From assembly GCA_964596875.1 (NCBI GenBank), contig CAZQVT010000003.1, positions 1-58,321 on the forward strand: a DNA stretch of 58,321 bases, given 5' to 3'. The translations under genes and the position numbers were made by a program. Each line of letters starts with the position of its first letter. The stretch's first letter is position 1. Of this stretch, positions 56,027 through 58,321 are shown one piece after another. The notes below the pieces were generated by a model. It did no database searches and was not told where the DNA came from. It saw nothing but the letters and a program-made list of their open reading frames with translations. This DNA comes from an uncultured Candidatus Saccharibacteria bacterium. Its GTDB lineage: Bacteria; Patescibacteriota; Minisyncoccia; Phycocordibacterales; DATDWN01.

Positions 56027-56055
56027 AAAAAACGTGAGAAACGCTGAGCGTTTCT
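56027..56055 (-). terminator. Stem-loop with U-tract (best read on the minus strand)
   Basis: AGAAACGC-TGA-GCGTTTCT (56037-56055). On the minus strand it is followed by CACGUUUUUU. Lies between tRNA-His and repeat copy B. Confidence 0.5.
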
Positions 56056-56074
56056 AGAGTATATTTTTTGTGTA

Positions 56075-56176
56075 GGCTACTGGGAGTCGAAAGACGGAGA
56101 CCGCGAAGCCAGCCGAAGGCTGTGGTCGAGTCGGGGTCGAGAAAATTTGTGCGGCAAATTATTCGTGACCGACCCC
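56075..56176 (+). repeat. GC-rich structured intergenic element, copy B
   Basis: GAGTC-GAAA-GAC hairpin, AGACCGCGAAGCCA, GGCTGTGGTCGAGTC, and the long hairpin GGGGTCGAGAAAATTTG-TGCGG-CAAATTATTCGTGACCGACCCC. Its first 17 nt are the exact reverse complement of the tRNA-His 3' end. Confidence 0.6.
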
Positions 56177-56182
56177 AAAACA

Positions 56183-56206
56183 AAAAATCCCTTTCGGGAT
56201 TTTTTG
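56183..56206. terminator. Bidirectional intrinsic terminator (rplS on minus; tRNA-His/copy B on plus)
   Basis: AAAAAATCCC-TTTC-GGGATTTTTT immediately after the rplS stop. Confidence 0.7.
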
Positions 56207-56207
56207 T

Positions 56208-56624
56208 TTATTCTGCCTTTGCCTCTTCCTTTGCTTCAACTGGTGCTTCCTCTTCTGAAACTACAGCGTCTGGAAGTTCCTTTATATTTCTCATTTGTCT
56301 TCTGATTTCTTTCGCAGCCTTGTCTCTGATGTGGTAAAGTTTTGCTCGTCTTACTTTTGATCTCTTTAGAGTCTCGATAGAATCAATCATTGGAGAGTAT
56401 AGTGGGAAAATTTTCTCTACTCCTACTCCTGAAGCAACTCGTCTAACTGTAAATGTCGCTCCAGCCTCCTTTCCGTGTTTAACAGCAATAACTAGACCCT
56501 CAAAAGCCTGAAGTCTTGTCTTACCTTTTTCAACAATTTTCTGCCAAACACGAATAGTATCTCCAGATCTCAAATCTAGATTTTTTCTGTCTGCAACTTT
56601 TACCGGTGATTGAACTGTCGTCAT
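56208..56624 (-). CDS. rplS: 50S ribosomal protein L19 with Glu/Ala-rich C-terminal extension
   Basis: 138 aa. RSGDTIRVWQKIVEKGKTRLQAFEGLVIA...FTVRR core. Confidence 0.92.
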   Translation of the reverse strand: MTTVQSPVKVADRKNLDLRSGDTIRVWQKIVEKGKTRLQAFEGLVIAVKHGKEAGATFTVRRVASGVGVEKIFPLYSPMIDSIETLKRSKVRRAKLYHIRDKAAKEIRRQMRNIKELPDAVVSEEEAPVEAKEEAKAE

Positions 56625-56647
56625 AAGAACTCTAATCTAACATAGGT

Positions 56648-57367
56648 TTAATGACTTTGCAACGCCTCTATAGCCCGCTCAAAATCTGCTGGATATGGAG
56701 CAGTAACCACATGTTCTTCACCTGAGAGATCATGAAAACTTATCGTTTTAGAGTGAAGTGCTAACCTCATAAAACCAAGTGAATTTTCTTCACTTTTTCC
56801 ATACAAACTGTCACATACAATCGGATAGTTTATCGCCTTAAAATGAACCCTGATCTGATGCGTTCTGCCGGTTTTAGGCATTGCCTCCACAAAAGTAAAA
56901 CCTTGCCCTCTTTTTATAACTTTATATTCAGTAACGGCCTCTCTCTCCTCACCTCTTCCTCCTCTTTGTGCTGTCCATTTTCTAAAATCCGAACTACTTC
57001 TACTTATTGGTCTATCTATAGTACCCTCATCATTTTTTAATTCCCCTACTAAAAACGCTTCGTAAACTTTTTTTGTTTCTCTGTTTTGAAATTGTTTTTT
57101 TAAATTTTCAAATGATTCCTGAGTTTTGGCAACCAGCATTACTCCAGATGTTTCTCTGTCCAATCTGTGAACAATTCCAGACCTCAAGATTTCATTGCCG
57201 TGGCTATCTCTGCCTGGCTCACCCACATCTTTTATTTCAGGATATTTTGAAAGCAACCAGTCCACCAAAGTGTTTTCTTTAGTTTTTCCATCACCATGCA
57301 CTACAAGTCCCGCTGGCTTATTTATTACCAATACATCTTTATTTTCGTATAAAATAGTTGGTTCCAT
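56648..57367 (-). CDS. RluA-family pseudouridine synthase (no S4 domain)
   Basis: HRLDRETSGVMLVAK catalytic motif and GRTHQIRVH. Start taken at MEPTIL (ATG 57367), 1 nt after the uppS stop; the track start at 57397 overlaps uppS. Confidence 0.88.
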   Translation of the reverse strand: MEPTILYENKDVLVINKPAGLVVHGDGKTKENTLVDWLLSKYPEIKDVGEPGRDSHGNEILRSGIVHRLDRETSGVMLVAKTQESFENLKKQFQNRETKKVYEAFLVGELKNDEGTIDRPISRSSSDFRKWTAQRGGRGEEREAVTEYKVIKRGQGFTFVEAMPKTGRTHQIRVHFKAINYPIVCDSLYGKSEENSLGFMRLALHSKTISFHDLSGEEHVVTAPYPADFERAIEALQSH

Positions 57368-57368
57368 A

Positions 57369-58064
57369 TTATTTACCCATTCGTCTATCCCTTTCATTAT
57401 ACTCTTCTATAATTTTTTCAAACTCTTCTTTTGAAAAATCAGGCCAGAGAGTATCAGTAAAAAATAGTTCACTGTAGACCCCTTGCCAAGGTAAAAAACC
57501 AGACAGTCGCATCTCCCCTGAGGTACGAATAATTATGTCTGGATCAGGCATGTCTTCGGTTTGCAGATGTTTAGCAAAATATTCTTCTGTTATTTTTTCT
57601 TCTGTCGGATTTTCAGAAACTATTTTTTTAACCGCAGAAAGTATTTCTGCCCTACCTCCATAGTTTAGTGCAAAGTAAACATGTGGACCTTTGTTATTTT
57701 TAGTTTTATCTTTTGAATCTAGAAAATCTTTTTGCAGTTGTGAAGAAAACCTACTCAAGTCACCCACAAAATGTAAAACTCCTCCTTCTTTGTGAAAATA
57801 TTCAAGCTCACTTTTAATAAACTTACCTATAAGGCCAACAAGATGACCGACTTCTTCTTCTGTTCTGTTCCAGTTTTCAGTAGAAAATGTGTAAAAAATA
57901 ATATGCTCAATCCCCAAGTCTCTCGCCCAAAGAACTGTATTTTTAAGTGTTTCCCCTCCTTTTGTATGACCTTCAAATAGATGTAGACTATTTTGTTTGG
58001 CCCATCTTCTGTTGCCATCCATTATTATACCCACACATTTTGGTATTCTATTTTTTTCACTCAT
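57369..58064 (-). CDS. uppS: Undecaprenyl-diphosphate synthase (cis-prenyltransferase)
   Basis: 231 aa. GIIMDGNRRWA, FSTENWNR, IRTSGEMRLSGFLPWQ. Confidence 0.93.
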   Translation of the reverse strand: MSEKNRIPKCVGIIMDGNRRWAKQNSLHLFEGHTKGGETLKNTVLWARDLGIEHIIFYTFSTENWNRTEEEVGHLVGLIGKFIKSELEYFHKEGGVLHFVGDLSRFSSQLQKDFLDSKDKTKNNKGPHVYFALNYGGRAEILSAVKKIVSENPTEEKITEEYFAKHLQTEDMPDPDIIIRTSGEMRLSGFLPWQGVYSELFFTDTLWPDFSKEEFEKIIEEYNERDRRMGK

Positions 58065-58117
58065 TCAAAAAATAATACAGTATTTTGTATAAATTATCTA
58101 ATAAAAATAATAAATTG

Positions 58118-58223
58118 GCACTTGTGGTCAAACACACTATTCATGTAGTCAGGAATCTTTTTATATTGAAAAAGTTCCCGACCCGGTCTCGCGCCGTAGC
58201 GCTCCGACTCGCACTTGTGGTCA
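58118..58223 (+). repeat. 13-nt perfect direct repeat pair GCACTTGTGGTCA (58118-58130 and 58211-58223)
   Basis: Exact match read directly from the sequence. The second copy lies inside repeat copy C. An inverted CACAAGT lies at 58284-58290. Confidence 0.6.
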
Positions 58224-58293
58224 CGCATAAAATCTTGCTAGATTTTTGCGCGACCCCGGCTCGGCTCGACAGCCTGCGCCTCGCACAAGTACG
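58177..58293 (-). repeat. GC-rich structured intergenic element, copy C (opposite orientation to A and B)
   Basis: Minus strand reads ACTTGTGCGAGG..GGCTGTCGAGCCGAGCC, then GGGGTCGCGCAAAAATCT-AGCAA-GATTTTATGCGTGACC, then ACAAGTGCGAGTC-GGAGCGCTACGGCGCGA-GACCGGGTCGGG. Confidence 0.6.
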
Positions 58294-58296
58294 AAA

Positions 58297-58317
58297 AAAT
58301 CTGCATTTAGCAGATTT
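58297..58317 (-). terminator. Intrinsic terminator of an upstream minus-strand gene outside the window
   Basis: AAATCTGC-ATTTA-GCAGATTT. On the minus strand it is followed by UUUUUCG. Confidence 0.5.
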
Positions 58318-58321
58318 ATTT

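Noticed and set aside
56075-56176. Copy B as tmRNA, SRP (4.5S) RNA, 6S RNA or a tRNA pseudogene
   Set aside because: It is too short for tmRNA and has no tag ORF or complete tRNA-like domain. It lacks the SRP domain IV GGAA/AGCA motifs. Only 17 nt match tRNA-His and the partner T-stem strand is absent. Two further copies in the window argue for a repeat family instead.
55947-56337. ORFs 55947-56183 (-) and 56068-56337 (+)
   Set aside because: They overlap tRNA-His, repeat copy B, a terminator and the antisense strand of rplS. No coding signal is present.

Overview
AT-rich (mid-30s % GC by eye), gene-dense bacterial chromosome segment read with the standard code. The content looks like a reduced-genome Patescibacteria/CPR (Parcubacteria-like) organism; that placement is inference from gene content. 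Most genes are on the minus strand with tiny or overlapping junctions. Core content: gatCA, ligA, 5 aminoacyl-tRNA synthetases (metG, GlyRS, ileS, argS), ribosomal and translation genes (rpsF-ssb-rpsR, secE-nusG-rplK, rplS, efp), 4 tRNAs, and a thymidylate-cycle neighbourhood (glyA, thyA-like, folA, dCMP deaminase). Accessory content: (1) a complete type IV pilus locus at 5.4-17 kb (pilMNO, pilB, CheY receiver, pilT, pilC, two pilins, pilD, four minor pilins); (2) a second compact, translationally coupled type IV filament operon at 23.4-28.3 kb (ATPase, platform, three pseudopilins), one pilin carrying a large LVIVD-like beta-propeller; (3) a 1347-aa secreted beta-helix/Ig/SH3b surface protein. 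Most unusual observations: an apparently intact histidine-phosphatase (RHG/PGAM-type) domain inserted in the catalytic core of IleRS, whose gene has a T-box leader with a minimal Stem I; a ~0.67 kb high-GC single-gene island encoding a xenologous copy of the HIT gene beside it; a class II tRNA whose anticodon loop reads ACU; a two-TM protein joining extracellular SH3b repeats to a cytoplasmic HEPN-like Rx4H domain; and a family of GC-rich, hairpin-forming intergenic elements (at least three copies) that I cannot assign to any known RNA or mobile-element class. No rRNA, CRISPR array, transposase or integrase was seen.
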